Source of the DNA: Octopus sinensis
Taxonomy: Eukaryota
DNA: 64,000 nt
Reading direction: 5' to 3'
Assembly: GCF_006345805.1 (NCBI RefSeq)
Contig: NC_042998.1
Location: 105,772,001-105,836,000 of the forward strand
The translations under genes were made by a program, and so were the position numbers. Shown one piece after another: positions 1 through 12,943 of the stretch. The stretch's first letter is position 1; each line of letters starts with the position of its first letter. The notes under the pieces are model-generated. The model was not told the DNA's origin and did no database searches. It worked only from the letters and a program-made list of their open reading frames with translations.

Positions 1-74
1 AGTATTCCTCTTTATTATGAGCGGCTATGGCTTCTGCCATATTGTGGGTTCTTATTTCTTTGTCCTTGGGATCA

Positions 75-489
75 TGTATGCATATACGTGTGCATGTCTT
101 TGTGCCAGTGTATCTCCTGCCCCGGCGTTTGATAACCAGTGTTAGTGTCTATGTCTCCATAACTAGGCAGTTCAGCAAAAGAGATTGATAGAATGCATAC
201 CATACTTTAAAAAGGAAAAGAAAATTGAGATTGATTCATTCAAATAAAGTTCTTCAGAGTGGTGCTCTAACATAACTGCAGTCTAATGAATAAAATAAGT
301 AAAATGAAAAAAAAAAAATAGTCTGATAAGCTAGTTAATGATTACTTTTTCAAAGGTTCTCTCTAGCTTGCTTTTATCACACAAACCAAGATCATATGTA
401 ATAATTTGGGAATTTGATTTTCAAAATCAGTTAAATGTTTATTTAAAAACTGCAGAAACGTTTGTAATGAACAAATAAAAATTGTACAC
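75..489. repeat. Copy 1 of a ~415-bp near-identical direct repeat (SINE 3' half plus adjacent repeat); copy 2 at 3485-3896
   Basis: Sequence matches 3485-3896 with only scattered substitutions and small indels, across the SINE/flank junction. Confidence 0.9.
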
Positions 490-757
490 TGATAATTATA
501 AATGCATCAGCAAAAACAACAAATGAGCTTATATTCTTTCTAATTTGTTGCTAAGGATTCTAAATTTAACAACCAGAAGCTCTTCAGCAAACCTAACACT
601 TTTTTAAAAATAGGGATCAATTATTTATTTCTAAATCTTTGGAAGCTATGTTAATAGAATAGTTGAAATCACTGATTAAAATGCTTTAATCTTTTGCATA
701 GCCACTATAAAATTGTCTTCAGCTGAGATTGCAAAAGCATTTAAGACCACCACTAAC

Positions 758-810
<53 letters not shown>

Positions 811-813
<3 letters not shown>

Positions 814-958
814 ACTCTTGGAGTGGTTGGCATTAGGAAGGGCATCCAGTCATAGAAACCTTGCCAAATCAGATCGGAACCTGGAGCATCCCACTGGCTT
901 ATCAGTTTTTAGTCAACCCATGCCAGCATGGAAAGAGGACGTTAAATTATGATGATGA
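811..958 (+). mobile_element. SINE/LINE 3' fragment with (GAT)n tail (RTE-tail SINE family)
   Basis: gagtggttggcattaggaagggcatccag...ggacgttaaa(tga)n; same motif recurs at ~9650, 10955, 16925, 17225, 18840, 35890, 45360, 55160, 58620. Confidence 0.8.
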
Positions 959-1765
959 TAGTTGATCAATATTTCATATAATTGTTGAGTCTATTCCACA
1001 TACATATATATAATTGTGTGTGTGTGTGTGTGTGTGTGAGTGTGTGAGTGAGTGTGTGTGTGTGTGCACTCGCATGTGCAAATGTTTCTATCTGCATTCA
1101 TACTTATAATAGATGACAGAATTTGTATGTTATGCAATACACATGCTAACACATATAGAATGTTAGCAGTAGAATAGCTGATTTGATGGTATATCTGCGT
1201 GGATACCTGGCTTTGAAGTCACATGCCAGTATTCTACTACATGTATTTTATGTGAAGACACTTAACTAGTTTTGGCTTCTCATCTGTTTAAAAGTATCAT
1301 TATTCAGCCCAGATGATATAACACTGGCAACTGACAAATGATTGGTTAAGCATTTAGCAATGCAGTCTACATTATTTTTCTTCATTCACTGACAAATGAA
1401 TAGTTTTAGTATTTCAAATGGTCAAATATCAGTAGGCAATATATTGATAGCCCTTATACATAAGTTACTGACAAAATACTTTTAGCTTTCATCCAGAAAG
1501 AAGGTGACTAATCATAAACACTATTTCAGCCGGAATCTTTAAATCTTAAAGTTATGATTATATTGGAGAATACATAGAATTTTCGTTAAATGTATATGAT
1601 ATGTAATGCATAAAACATGCTGAGACTGCACTCATATGCTATAAGATGAAGTACAATAGCTAGGAAGACAAGTTGTGTACTACTGATCACATACATGGCC
1701 ATCTATTGAAACCTTACTTCAAACACTAGGTTGTCTCTCTTGACAAAGCAATTAACTCTGCTTAC

Positions 1766-1917
1766 CTCTATATTGCTTGGCTGTCAATATATTTCATTTT
1801 AGCTTCATAGCTGAGTTATGGTTAGCAGCTGGTAGGTTAATAACATCCATCAGTAATCACAATTGTTCCATCTGCAATAGTCTTAGTCATTTTAACACTA
1901 GTTTGATAGCGATCACT
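1766..1917 (-). other. Candidate spliced exon (152 nt); frame 0 reads SDRYQTSVKMTKTIADGTIVITDGCY* (CDS 1917-1837)
   Basis: Strong acceptor gtttttgtctttttgccacaacag and donor AG|GTAAGC on the minus strand; no recognisable homology. Confidence 0.35.
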
Positions 1918-3484
1918 CTGTTGTGGCAAAAAGACAAAAACTTTAATTTAAATTTAAATTTTTTCACTTAAAATGCTACCTTTCATATAATATATAGTCT
2001 GTTTAAATGTAAGTCTCTGAAAGAATCATCAACTTAATAACTTTGTTTTTAATGTTACAAAATGTAAATATTATATTAGAAAGCTTTTAAATTGAATAAA
2101 TTATAAAAATTTAAGCGAAGGCTTAATAAACAATATTTTAATATTGTTTAGTTAAAAGTATTTATTTTGGAAATATTTTATTTCATATTCTTTAAATTTA
2201 GTATATACATTGTATGATATTTACATTTACTCTGATGACTTCTCTTTAAACAATATTTTTAGTTAAGATCCTGTCTTCATCATTATAATGTGTCTTACTG
2301 GTTGTGCAGTTAAATTCTCTTTGGTCAGCAAATATTCTCAGGTTTGTTGGCTGGCAGCAATATTCTGTACATGTTACCATCTTCCAACTCCATTGCTTTG
2401 CCTTGGAAGAGAGCAACAACGTTCTTAGTTAAGATTCTGCGAACAGTGGGGTTGGAGGATACAGCCCATACCTCTCTAAATTTAGTTCTTGATATTAATT
2501 TATGAACGTAACAAAATCAGGCCTTATAACAAATTGTACTTTTTTCAGATTGAACACTAAATCAGTGTTAGCTGAACCATTAACACTCTTCAAGCATCAA
2601 CATGACTGAGTTTGCTGACTCTCACTAAATTATCAGTAGCACTGATAACCATAAATCAATTACTAGTGCAGTGATCGTTTTATGGTCTAAGTTTTGGAGA
2701 AGCATTACTGGAACTTCTATCTGTGTTTTGATTATGTGAATAGGGCTTATATCTAATAACTTCAAAAAATTTAGTGAGATAATGAATAACTTGGTTTTCT
2801 TCTGCTACTGAATCTACACCTCTTAGTGTAATCATATTTCAGGAATCTTATTCATAATTTCATCATTTTGTCCATGGTTCTCAATTGGAGTCCACATAAC
2901 CCTTGGTGGAAGGATCCATTGAAGCATTTCTTGTTAAAATTTATGTGCAAAAAACTGGTTACACTTCTACAATACAAAAATATTTCAACAATTTTTTTAA
3001 TACAATTCCTAATAATATTCAATTATAAAGATATAACAATTTTTTAAAACATCAAATGCTATGAAAGTCCACTCAAGTAAAATAAGTATCAAAGAATCCA
3101 TTTATGTTTTAATAATGCTACTGTAACAAGGTAGCAAGCTGGCAAAAAATGGTTGAGAACCTCTGATTTAGTTAATTCACTTAGATGTTTTATGATATTC
3201 AAATAGGTCTCAAATATATCCATTCTTCATTTTAGTAATGCATTTCCAGATCATCATAATAAATGGAACCAAATCTTTCTTGGAATTTCACTGTTGGGAA
3301 GCATGGAATTATAATGATGTCTGGGAAAGATGTGTCAGTATTAACAATATCTGAAATCCTTCCTTCACCCACTTCCAACAAGCAGTTTGTTTAAATGCAG
3401 CAAACAATTGAGAATTATCATGTTTGCATGGATTTGAAAACTTTGCCTTGACTCCAAATGTATAAATCAATTACCAAAAATTTT

Positions 3485-3896
3485 GTATGCATGTATGTGT
3501 GCATGTCTATGTGCTAGTGTATCTCCTGCCCCGGCGTTTGATAACCAGTGTTAGTATCTATGTCTCCATAACTAGGCAGTTCAGCAAAAGAGATTGATAG
3601 AATGCGAACCATACTTTAAAAAGGAAAAGAGAATTGAGATTGATTCATTCAAATAAAGTTCTTCAGAGTGGTGCCCCAACATAACTGCAGTCTAATGAAT
3701 AAAATAAGTAAAATGAGAAAAAAAATAGTCTGATAAGCTAGTTAATGATTACTTTTTCAAAGGTTCTCTCTAGCTTGCTTTTATCACACAAACCAAGATC
3801 ATATGTAATAATTTGGGAATTTGTTTTTCAAAATCAGTTAAATGTTTATTTAAAAACTGCAGAAACGTTTGTAATGAACAAATAAAAATTGTACAC
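3485..3896. repeat. Copy 2 of the 75-489 block, inserted inside the Helitron remnant
   Basis: Helitron helicase motifs resume on both sides; aatttt flanks both ends (3479-3484, 3897-3902). Confidence 0.85.
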
Positions 3897-4189
3897 AATT
3901 TTAAGCTTTATGGAGTGGAAAATTTGCCAAAAATCTCCATTGAGCACCCTATAGTTTTGCTCAAAGAAGTTGCTCTTTATTCATTACATCTTGGAAGTGT
4001 GCAATTCAAAGCTTTGAGATGTCAGAGACACATTGGGGCTTCATTATACACCAATGGCTTGGGCATTTTGCAGAAGGTGACCGATTGTATCATGAGGAGA
4101 TATTACTGGTTGATTTAGATTGTACCAGAAAAAAAAACTTGAAATGAGAATAGGCAGTCCCGTTATGTTTTAATAATGTTACTGTAACA

Positions 4190-4403
4190 AGGTGGCAAGC
4201 TGGCAGAAACATTAACATGCCGGGCAAAATGCTTAGCAGTATTTTGTCTGTCATTATATTCTGAGTTCAAATTCTGCCGAGGTCGACTTTGCCTTTCATC
4301 CTTTTGGGGTCGAATAAATTAAGTACCAGTTGCATACTGAGGTCGATCTAATCGACTGGCATCCTCCCCAAAAATTATGGGCCTTGTGCTTAGAGAAGAA
4401 AAG
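4190..4403 (+). mobile_element. SINE (aaggtggcaagctggcagaa... family) with 18-bp target-site duplication
   Basis: TSD aataatg[t/a]tactgtaaca at 4172-4189 and 4404-4421; many other copies in the window (~7480, 7850, 25790, 26030, 39776, 42170, 47430, 48000, 54440, 54765). Confidence 0.85.
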
Positions 4404-4801
4404 AATAATGATACTGTAACATTTGGTGAAGCTGTATCAAGCACAGTTCAATCATTTTTGCAAACATAGGGAAGTAGGAAGTTCAGCAGGTAAGTTTTGC
4501 CTTTTACTCCTGGAGCATCAATAATTATTTGGTTACTTTCATAATTCCTGAGGGATTTTTTTTCTTTGACTCAAAAACAACCTTCTGTTCTTTATTGAGT
4601 ATATTTATGCAATAATTGGAATCATTAACTGAAGAATCTATTTCACCTGGATTAAGAGGCACATTTTGTTGGTGGTGGTCTGCAGCTGACAAATCATAAT
4701 AAATTGTTAAGTGGTTATCTGCACAAATGTCACAAATAGGCAAAACTAGTCTAGTTCAGTGATCTAATTGATGTGCATGGGCCCAGTTATCTCCCCTGCC
4801 A

Positions 4802-4835
<34 letters not shown>

Positions 4836-5238
4836 TATATATATACATATATATACATATTACATGCTTCTTACAGAATTAAGAGTTTTTAACTCTTATT
4901 TCTTGTAATATAGGTGCTTCGGCACCCTTGCTCACAACTAGTGATGATAAAATTTTTCCTTTATGGTATTATATTGTTTCAAGCTGTTTATATTAATTTT
5001 TAATATATACATTAACATTTTGCTAAATCAGCCATAAATTTTTGTGGTAAAAATATATATATGTACTGACAGCTGGATTTAACAAAACCATCAAGCAGTT
5101 AATAGCTACTTTTCCAAAGGTTTTCTTTGACTTACTTATACCATGTAAACTAAGATCATATGTGATATGTTATGATTGTTTTTCAACACAATTTAAATAA
5201 TTGTTTATTCATAAACTACAGATTTTTTTAAAATGAAC

Positions 5239-6510
5239 TATGAGAAGTGGTTAAAAAGTTTGTGACCAAGATGCTCTGATGGAATACGACTATATGGGGT
5301 TTATTTTTCAACATAGTCTCCTTTGTGGTCCACACACTTCTTCCATCAGTGTTGCAGTGCTTGGATCCCATTCGGGAAGAAACTTTTATCCTATTCATCA
5401 AAAAAGTCATCAACATCAGACATGACATCATCACCACTGCAATACTGGTTCCCAGCCAAATTTTTTATGTTTTTTTTTTATGTTGGGGAACAAGTAATAG
5501 TTAGATAGGACCAAATCAGGAGAATGGGAAGAATGATCAGCTAGTTCAAAGCCACAGTAAGGCACAGTAGCCATTGAAACCAAGGACTTGTGTGCTGAAG
5601 TTTTGTCCTGAGGAAACAGACCCCTTTCGTCAGTTTTCTAGGGTGTTTGATCTTGCTAGCCTTTCATAAGTGACTCAGTGAGTTGGCATAGCACTCTTCA
5701 TCGAGGGTGTAGCTCTTTTAAAAAGTAGACCATAGGTACAATGCCTTTTGCATTCCACAAAACTGAGGCTATCACCTTCTCTGCAGATGAAATGACCTTG
5801 ACCTTCTTTGGAGCAGGTGAGGAAGGGTGTTTCCACTGCATGGATTGTCTCTATGACTCTAGCTCAAAGTGATGGAGCCAACACTCATCCTGAGTTAGGA
5901 AATGTTCAAGGAAACCAGCTGGATTTGCCTCAAACAATGTCAGATTTTCCCATGATGTGATCATCATGGTGTGCTTTTGAACAGATGTCAGATGTACCAC
6001 CCACCAGGCAGAAATCTTCGTCTTCATCATGCCTGGTTCATTTTGAGCAATATTCTTAACTCTCTCAAGGGATATGTTAATATTCATCACCATGTGGGGA
6101 TCACAATCAATGTTTTCCTTGGTGGTGACAGTTGCAGGACGTCCAGACCTTGGGTTGTCTTCAAGACTCTCCCTCCCCCTCCAAAATTCAGCTGCCCACT
6201 TTTGCATTGCTGATAAAGCTGGAGCAGCATCCCCTAATAAAGCAACCATTTCAACATGTAATTGGGGGCTAAACCTTTTTTCTAAATGTACTTGATAACA
6301 CCACTATGTCAAACCAAACTGTGTCCATTATCTGGAGACATAGCTACTATTTACTTTTGAAGTTTTCTTTGAACAGTCAGATATAAGTTTACCTGGAAAT
6401 AAGCAATGAAGCTATTAATAAGAAGAGTTGAATTTAATGCGTGCAAGATTTCACAGCTCTAGCATCACTCCTTCATAATCAACCTATGAACTTTTCAGCC
6501 CACCCTCATA
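5239..6510 (-). mobile_element. Full-length-sized (~1.27 kb) decayed mariner transposon
   Basis: TA-flanked TIRs (tatgagaagtggttaaaaagttt / aacttttcagcccaccctcata); ORF 5851-6249 has KWAAEFWRGRESLEDNPRSGRPAT and TQDECWLHHFE, typical mariner HTH and first catalytic D region; frameshifts present. Confidence 0.9.
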
Positions 6511-8859
6511 ATACAAATTATATGATAGTAATTCTAACTGCAACAACAAAGACAGCAAATGAGCTTTATACACGTTTCTAAATATTATAGTTGCCAAGTA
6601 TTCTAAATTTAGCAAACTGAAAATCTACAATAAGCCTAATATCATTTCCAAAATAGGGACAGCTTTTAATTTCTAAATCTTAAGAAGCAATGCTAGATGG
6701 GATGGACATGGTTGGAAACTTTGGTCTTCATGAAATAGCATCTTCAATAGAAATTAACAGACTTACTTCAAGCAATATAAAATACCCTTGAAAATATTGT
6801 TTACTTCTCTTAGTGTTGAGTGGCAGATGTTACACCAAGTGATAATGAATAATCACAGAATAGAGGGAAAAATCAACTAAAAAAATAAAATATTATACTC
6901 TATTTGCTAATTGAATGTTGTCAGTGATTGAAGAATTTATTTATTTACTTTGTTTTTTGCCTTTTCATATTCTCTATTTTGGTATCATTTTAGGAAGACA
7001 TTTAGGAAGTTTTCACTTTTCTTCCCCTTCAAAACTGATTTTCATAAATGAAGAGTTTGCTGCCACAATAACTGAGATGTAATTTGAGTTGTATGATAAA
7101 TTTAGAATTTTTATGGTTTCCTAATTATATTATAACACATAATATGATAAAGTCATACTTTATAGCTCATATAGCTTGATTTGTTGTGATTTAGTATCAT
7201 ATTAATTATATTCTATTATAATCTATTAAGCATTAATTTGAGGTATTTCTGATTATATGTGCCTTGTGTATTTTTAAGATATGATGGAACATACTCAGCT
7301 CTCTATATTGAATAACAGTTTCAGTTTATTCAGAAATGGATTCAGCCTCTATTCTTGCATTTTGTAGCTTATGTAATTCATTTAAGTTCAATATTAAAAT
7401 GGATTTGAACTATTGGTCTGTAGGTTTAGTATAGTAACTAATAAATATAAAAACAACTGCTTGAACCACTGCATCAGTTGCATTACTCAATACTTCTTTC
7501 TAATTTTGGCACAAAGCCAGCAATTTTGAGGGAAGAATGCAAGTTAATTACATTGACCCCATTATATATCTGGTACATATTTTATCACCTCCGAAAACAT
7601 GAAAAGCAAAGTTGATCTCGGTGGAATTTGAAGTCAGAATATAATGTTTCAAAAAAATTCAAAAAGAAACACCACTAGCAATTCTGCCTGCTCTTTGCTT
7701 TTACCCAATACAACAATAAACTAATATTTTCTGGTATCAGCACTTGAGCTCAGTCATATAATTTCCTCTTGAGTATACATAACATGAAATAAAATAAAAT
7801 TTTTTTCAACAATATTTTTATAATCTTTTACCTGTCTGTATTATAATCTTTTCAATTATAAGTACAAAGGCCTGAAATTTGGTGAAAGGTGGGTAGTCAA
7901 TTATATCAACACCAATGCTCAACAGGTACTTATTTCATCAACCCTAAAAAGATGAAAGGCAAAATTTACCTCAGCAGCATCTGAACTAAAAACATAATGA
8001 TTGAAAAACAGAAAAAAATTGCTGCTAAGCATTTTGTCCAATTCTGTCAACTCACCACCACCTCATGATGTTTCTCTATCTGCCCATCCATCAACAACAC
8101 ATCTATCCTATGCTCAGATCAAGATAATTTTCAAATAATTTATTTTTCTTATCTTTTAGAGAGACATTTCCCATGACATCATTATCAGGCACTTTGGATG
8201 AGAGTTGATGGTGTTAGAATGGGTAAAGGATTAAATTTACCACTCAAGTCGACTGTAGTATGACTTGAACTCAGAAGGCAGTCAGACAGGATTTCAACTG
8301 TGGTATGATTCAAAATTGGAAGGCAACCAGATGCGATTAATACTGTAAGGTATTTAGCCCTTCATTCATCAGTTCCACTAATTCACAGCCTTGTGCTGGT
8401 AGTTCATTTATCAAAGCTGATGGGATGAATGGTAAAAATTAACCATGGCAGGATTTGAAATCAGAGTACAGAAAGTCAGAACAAATACTGTATGGTATTC
8501 TATTTGACAGTTTAACAACTCTGCTAATATGCCCCAGTGGGGATAAAATCGAACTTATGGTTAATTTATTCAATTTATTCATTGAACTCACATGTGCAGG
8601 AAAAATAAAATTTGTCTTTATTTTTGATAAAATTTAGTTGTTTTTTCAGTGGTGGGAGATGGAAGAAGAAAGTGAAAAGTAATAAAAGTAGTTACAGATT
8701 TACTAAAGCCTTCAGTTGGTAGATTTACTTCTGCTATAAACATATTTGATTTTATTGACTGCTGTTCCTTCTACCACTGTAAGCTAATTATTTTGCCAAA
8801 ACTTTAGTCAGTAAAACAGTAAATTCTGCTGTTTGCAAAGTAAATATATTATTTTCCAC

Positions 8860-9087
8860 TTAAACCATTAGCATTCAGATGACTCAGTCAAATGTAATGT
8901 ATATTTATTCACATTGCTTTGAATTAATCATGAATAATCTCATAGCTTTGAGATTTTGATGATGTGATTGCTTATTTTAAGAATGGTATTGTTGGGTAGG
9001 TGTGAGAGGCTGAACTTGGCCAGTTTTAACATAAAACAAGTAGAATATTTGAACCGGATATGGCCAGTTTAAATGCTAAAGAGTTAA
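8860..9087. mobile_element. piggyBac-type MITE
   Basis: TTAA at both ends with TIR-like ends accattagcatt / aatgctaaagag. Confidence 0.6.
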
Positions 9088-9475
9088 ATATTTATGGATA
9101 TACAACAACTGGGAGTTTCTAAAAAAATTCCTGAAGACATTGTTCATTGTGAATGAAAGCAATTAAGTGAAACTTATCATTTACTACTATATATTTTATG
9201 CCTAAAGAAGTCTTGGCTAAGATATTTCACTGAAATGTCATGTTAATACGTTGGATAAAATTATTATTCAACAAATTCTCTTTGACATGCATTATCTGCC
9301 TCAAATATTACTATTATACACACACATATTAAAAAAATGAGAGTTTTATACAGTTATCTGACCTCCTAGAAATAGCAGCCAGGTTTCAGTAATCCAGAAA
9401 GACACAGTGTAATGATGAAAACAGAACCTTGGTTTTATAAAGACCTACTTTATTGAGTACATCGAATATGTATGT

Positions 9476-9509
<34 letters not shown>

Positions 9510-10479
9510 CACACACATACATACATACATACATACATACATACATACATACATACATACATACATGTATGCATGTGTGGGTGTTAGATATATACATGCA
9601 TACATAGGTAGATAGATAGGTACAGATACAGGTATATAGACATATGGCATTAGGAAGGGCATCCATCTGAAAAAAAACCATGCCAAGACAGACAGTGTGG
9701 CAGCTTTAGTGCAATCCTCTTGGCTTGCCAGTTCCTGACAAACTTTCCAACCCATGCCATCATGGAAGGTAGATGTTAAATGATGATGATGATGATGAGA
9801 CATATATATAAGAATAATGCAATAAAATAACAGAAAAAGTCATTGTTGTCATATGCATCATACCAAAAAATTTCTCTATTGTGTATATAATATTCATTAA
9901 TTATAATTAGAAATATTTCAAACTTTAGAATAATGTAATGAGAAATTAATCAATATTCAGTTTGTTAAATTAAATATTTGTTGTAAACATATTTTTTAAA
10001 ACACTGATTTATGAAGTAAAAAAATTAAGAACTAAATCAATACCACATGCAGCCATAACATGAAAGCAAAGAGTTTACTTATATTCCATGCTTTTTCTAT
10101 TCCTATCTATTACAACTACACTTTGATAAACCATACTTTATACAACAATAGAGGAATAATGAAATAACAGGGAAAATAATTTCCAACATGTAAAGATACA
10201 AAAGAAAGGTTCTTTGGTGTGCATATATTATTTATTAATTATATTATAAAATATTTCAAGTTTGAAATAATATAATAAGAAGATAATTAATATTCAGTTT
10301 GTTAAATGAAATGTTTGTAGAAAATATTTTTCATCATCAGTTTACTATTTATTAGATGATATAGTATAAACAATATCAGCATTACCTGTGATCACAACAT
10401 GCAAGACAAAAAGTTTACAAAGATTTCATAATTTTCCATCTCTCTCAAATGCAATTGCATTTTGTTCAGGCATATTCAA

Positions 10480-10910
10480 TGAATGTCCAAATATGAATGA
10501 ACAAAGCAAAATATCATGCAGAGAAACAAGAACAAGGCAGCGTGCAAGGAGACAACGAATGAATGAAAAAGAAAGGGGAGAAAAATCAAAGATAAGCAAT
10601 CACTATTTGGTGAAAACAAGCATGACAGCAATTTTCTCATGAACAGCATACATGCATATTGGTTCCAAAATAGTGCATGAGAACAACTTCCTCATGAACA
10701 GCATGAATGCATGTTAACAGAAGATGCTATGCAACATATTCAAGCTAGAGTGCAACTTTCTCAAGAGAATATATATACAATTTTACACATTGCTGACACA
10801 GTACTTTATTTCAGCAATGTACAATACACTTGAAAAAAGATATTAATTCCTCATCATGGATTAGACAAGAATGTAAAGGCATTCTTTCTATATTAATGCT
10901 GTGATCAAAA
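10480..10910 (+). mobile_element. Possible Helitron N-terminal coding remnant
   Basis: Charged repeat-like peptides (ETRTRQRARRQRMNEKER; EQLPHEQHECMLTEDAMQHIQAR) resemble Helitron N-terminal repeats; no diagnostic motif. Confidence 0.3.
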
Positions 10911-10950
10911 AAGTAAGTGGGAGAAGTCTCCTGTTTGACGATGTTATACC

Positions 10951-11140
10951 ATCATCATCATCATCTTTGCTTAATGTCTGCTTTCCATGCAGGCATGAGT
11001 TGGACGGTTTGACTGAGGGCTGGCAAGCCAGAAGACTGCACCACGCTCCAATCTGATCTGGCAATGTTTCTACAGGTGGATGCCCTTCCTAACTCCAACC
11101 ACTCCAAGAGTGTAGTGGGTGCTTTTTACATGCCACCAGC
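10951..11140 (-). mobile_element. RTE-tail SINE fragment
   Basis: Reverse complement of the 811-958 family with (CAT)n on the plus strand. Confidence 0.8.
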
Positions 11141-11164
11141 CCTGCTACTAAGCCTTCACAATAG

Positions 11165-11387
11165 TAAAAAAGAGAGACAGACAGATAGAAAAAAAGGAAA
11201 ATGTCCATCGTATATGAAAACTATGGAAATATTTAAAAAAAACATTTCATTTCATTTTTCCACAGTTTAATGTTTTTCATGCTTTACTCTAAGTTGAAAA
11301 AGTTGCAAAGACTGAAACCGGTACTAAAAGTACTAAAATGTTCTTCATGATAAAATTATTTTAGTATTTTCTACCTTGTCTTCTTTT

Positions 11388-11390
<3 letters not shown>
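11165..11390 (+). mobile_element. Solo Penelope-like pseudo-LTR fragment
   Basis: Aligns by eye to 60295-60505, which lies downstream of a Penelope RT/GIY-YIG remnant. Confidence 0.65.
11291..11330 (+). ncRNA. Minimal type I hammerhead ribozyme-like motif, U3:A8 variant
   Basis: TTGAAAA(11294-11300)-AGTT gcaaa GACT-GAAA-CCGG-TA; palindromic ACCGGT helix III; helix I weak in this copy. Confidence 0.5.
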
Positions 11391-11441
<51 letters not shown>

Positions 11442-11576
11442 TAGCAGAAGTAACAGAGTGACTCAAGGTCCAAGAGTTTCATGCATTGACACTTGAGTTA
11501 CTTATGCTAAATATCAATAGAAATATACATGTACTCATATTTTGAGTTCCATTTTTCCTGTTTGCACCAACATACC

Positions 11577-11621
<45 letters not shown>

Positions 11622-11649
11622 ATATATAATATATATATATATTAAAAAT

Positions 11650-11824
11650 GGGGAAGGCTGGTTTATGGGATTACATTAGGTTTCTCAGTCATAAAGAGCT
11701 TAGCTTTATATGGCAAATTGTCAGTTTTCCCATCCATAAAGGGTTTAGCTTTATGACGATTCACCATAAAGCTAAACATTTTATGGACGGGAAACCTAAG
11801 GTAAATCCATTAACTGGCCTTCCC
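11650..11824. repeat. Nested foldback element in a TA microsatellite
   Basis: Outer arms gggaaggctggtttatgggattacattaggtttc / gaaacctaaggtaaatccattaactggccttccc; inner palindrome tcccatccataaagggtttagctttatg / cataaagctaaacattttatggacggga. Confidence 0.8.
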
Positions 11825-12386
11825 TATTTTTTATATATACTGCTCTATATCTTAGAGTGTGCTTCTTCTTTCGGGTTTATGTTTTTTTTACAAACGATAT
11901 ATATATATATATGTGTGTGTGTATATATACATATATATATATATATATAAGTCTATGAGGATTATTTAATGCAATTTTGAAGTCTAAAGGTGTTTTTTTT
12001 TTAAATTACTTTTAAAAAATGTTATAAAATCTTTAATCAGGGTGTTACTAACCATTTTTGGGAAGAAGTGTTTTTCCTAGTGAGTGTATATATATTTAAA
12101 TATAATTTCAACAATTGAGGGTAAAATTAATTAATTATTAATCAATTTCACCAAGTATTCAGTATGTAAAGGGACCATTATAGGCGAATTCAAAATATTA
12201 CATTATATATAAGGGCTTAGTAAAATAAATTACTTTGCCACATACTGAACTCATTAGAAATAGCAGCTAAAGAAATTTCTTCAGCTATTTCTAATACTTA
12301 AAGAAGATCTCTCTCAGATAGTGTTTGCCTAAACCAACTCACAAAAGTATGGGGGAAAAAACATTAAAAAATCAAGTGCAAAGGTT

Positions 12387-12445
12387 ATTTGAGAACGTAC
12401 GTTTCTAGATTAGTCAATTCGACATTTCTTTCTTCAGCTCAGAAT
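12387..12445 (-). ncRNA. Type I hammerhead ribozyme candidate, array copy 1
   Basis: Minus strand: attctgag-CTGAAGA-a aga aat gtc gaatt gac taa tct a-GAAAC-GTAC-GTT-ctcaaat; helix I tgag/ctca; palindromic ACGTACGT helix III. Confidence 0.65.
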
Positions 12446-12943
12446 TCCTTGAATCGGATTTGGGAACACTGAAAGTCGGGAGCATACCCTTTCGGCTTCT
12501 AATCACCTCTAGAATTCTGCTCGAACTAAAAGTGCTATCAAATTCGAATATGCAAGCGAAGAATTTCTGCTCTCCCCTTTCCACCAGCGTGGGTTAAAAT
12601 TGACAAACACCATGTATTAACGGTGAAAACCGCAGCATTTTACAGAGAAAGATGAATTATAATTTCAACAATTGAGGGTAAAATTAATTAATTATTAATC
12701 AATTTCACCAAGTATTCAGTCTGTAAAGGGACCATTATAGGCGAATTCAAAATATTACATTATATATAAGGGCTTAGTAAAATAAATTACTTTGCCACAT
12801 ACTGAACCCATTAGAAATAGCAGCTAAAGAAATTTCTTCAGCTATTTCTAATACTTAAAGAAGATCTCTCTCAGATAGTGTTTGCCTAAACCAACTCACA
12901 AAAGTATGGGGGAAAAAACATTAAAAAATCAAGTGCAAAGGTT

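Larger units (their letters stand above)
2225..4745 (-). mobile_element. Degenerate Helitron RepHel helicase (Pif1-like) remnant, interrupted by a SINE and a duplicated block
   Basis: Collinear broken motifs on the minus strand: LNKEQKVVF, IDAPGVKGKTYLLN (Walker A), GDFWQI (GDFRQ), LEVGEGR, VPVMLLQNLD, QFVIRPDFVTFIN*YQ (QFPxRLAFAMTINKSQ), ILTKNIV*REVI (C-terminus). Confidence 0.85.

Noticed and set aside
321-6720. Tandem gene duplication (321-660 versus 5085-6720)
   Set aside because: The shared sequence is non-coding and looks like a dispersed repeat family.
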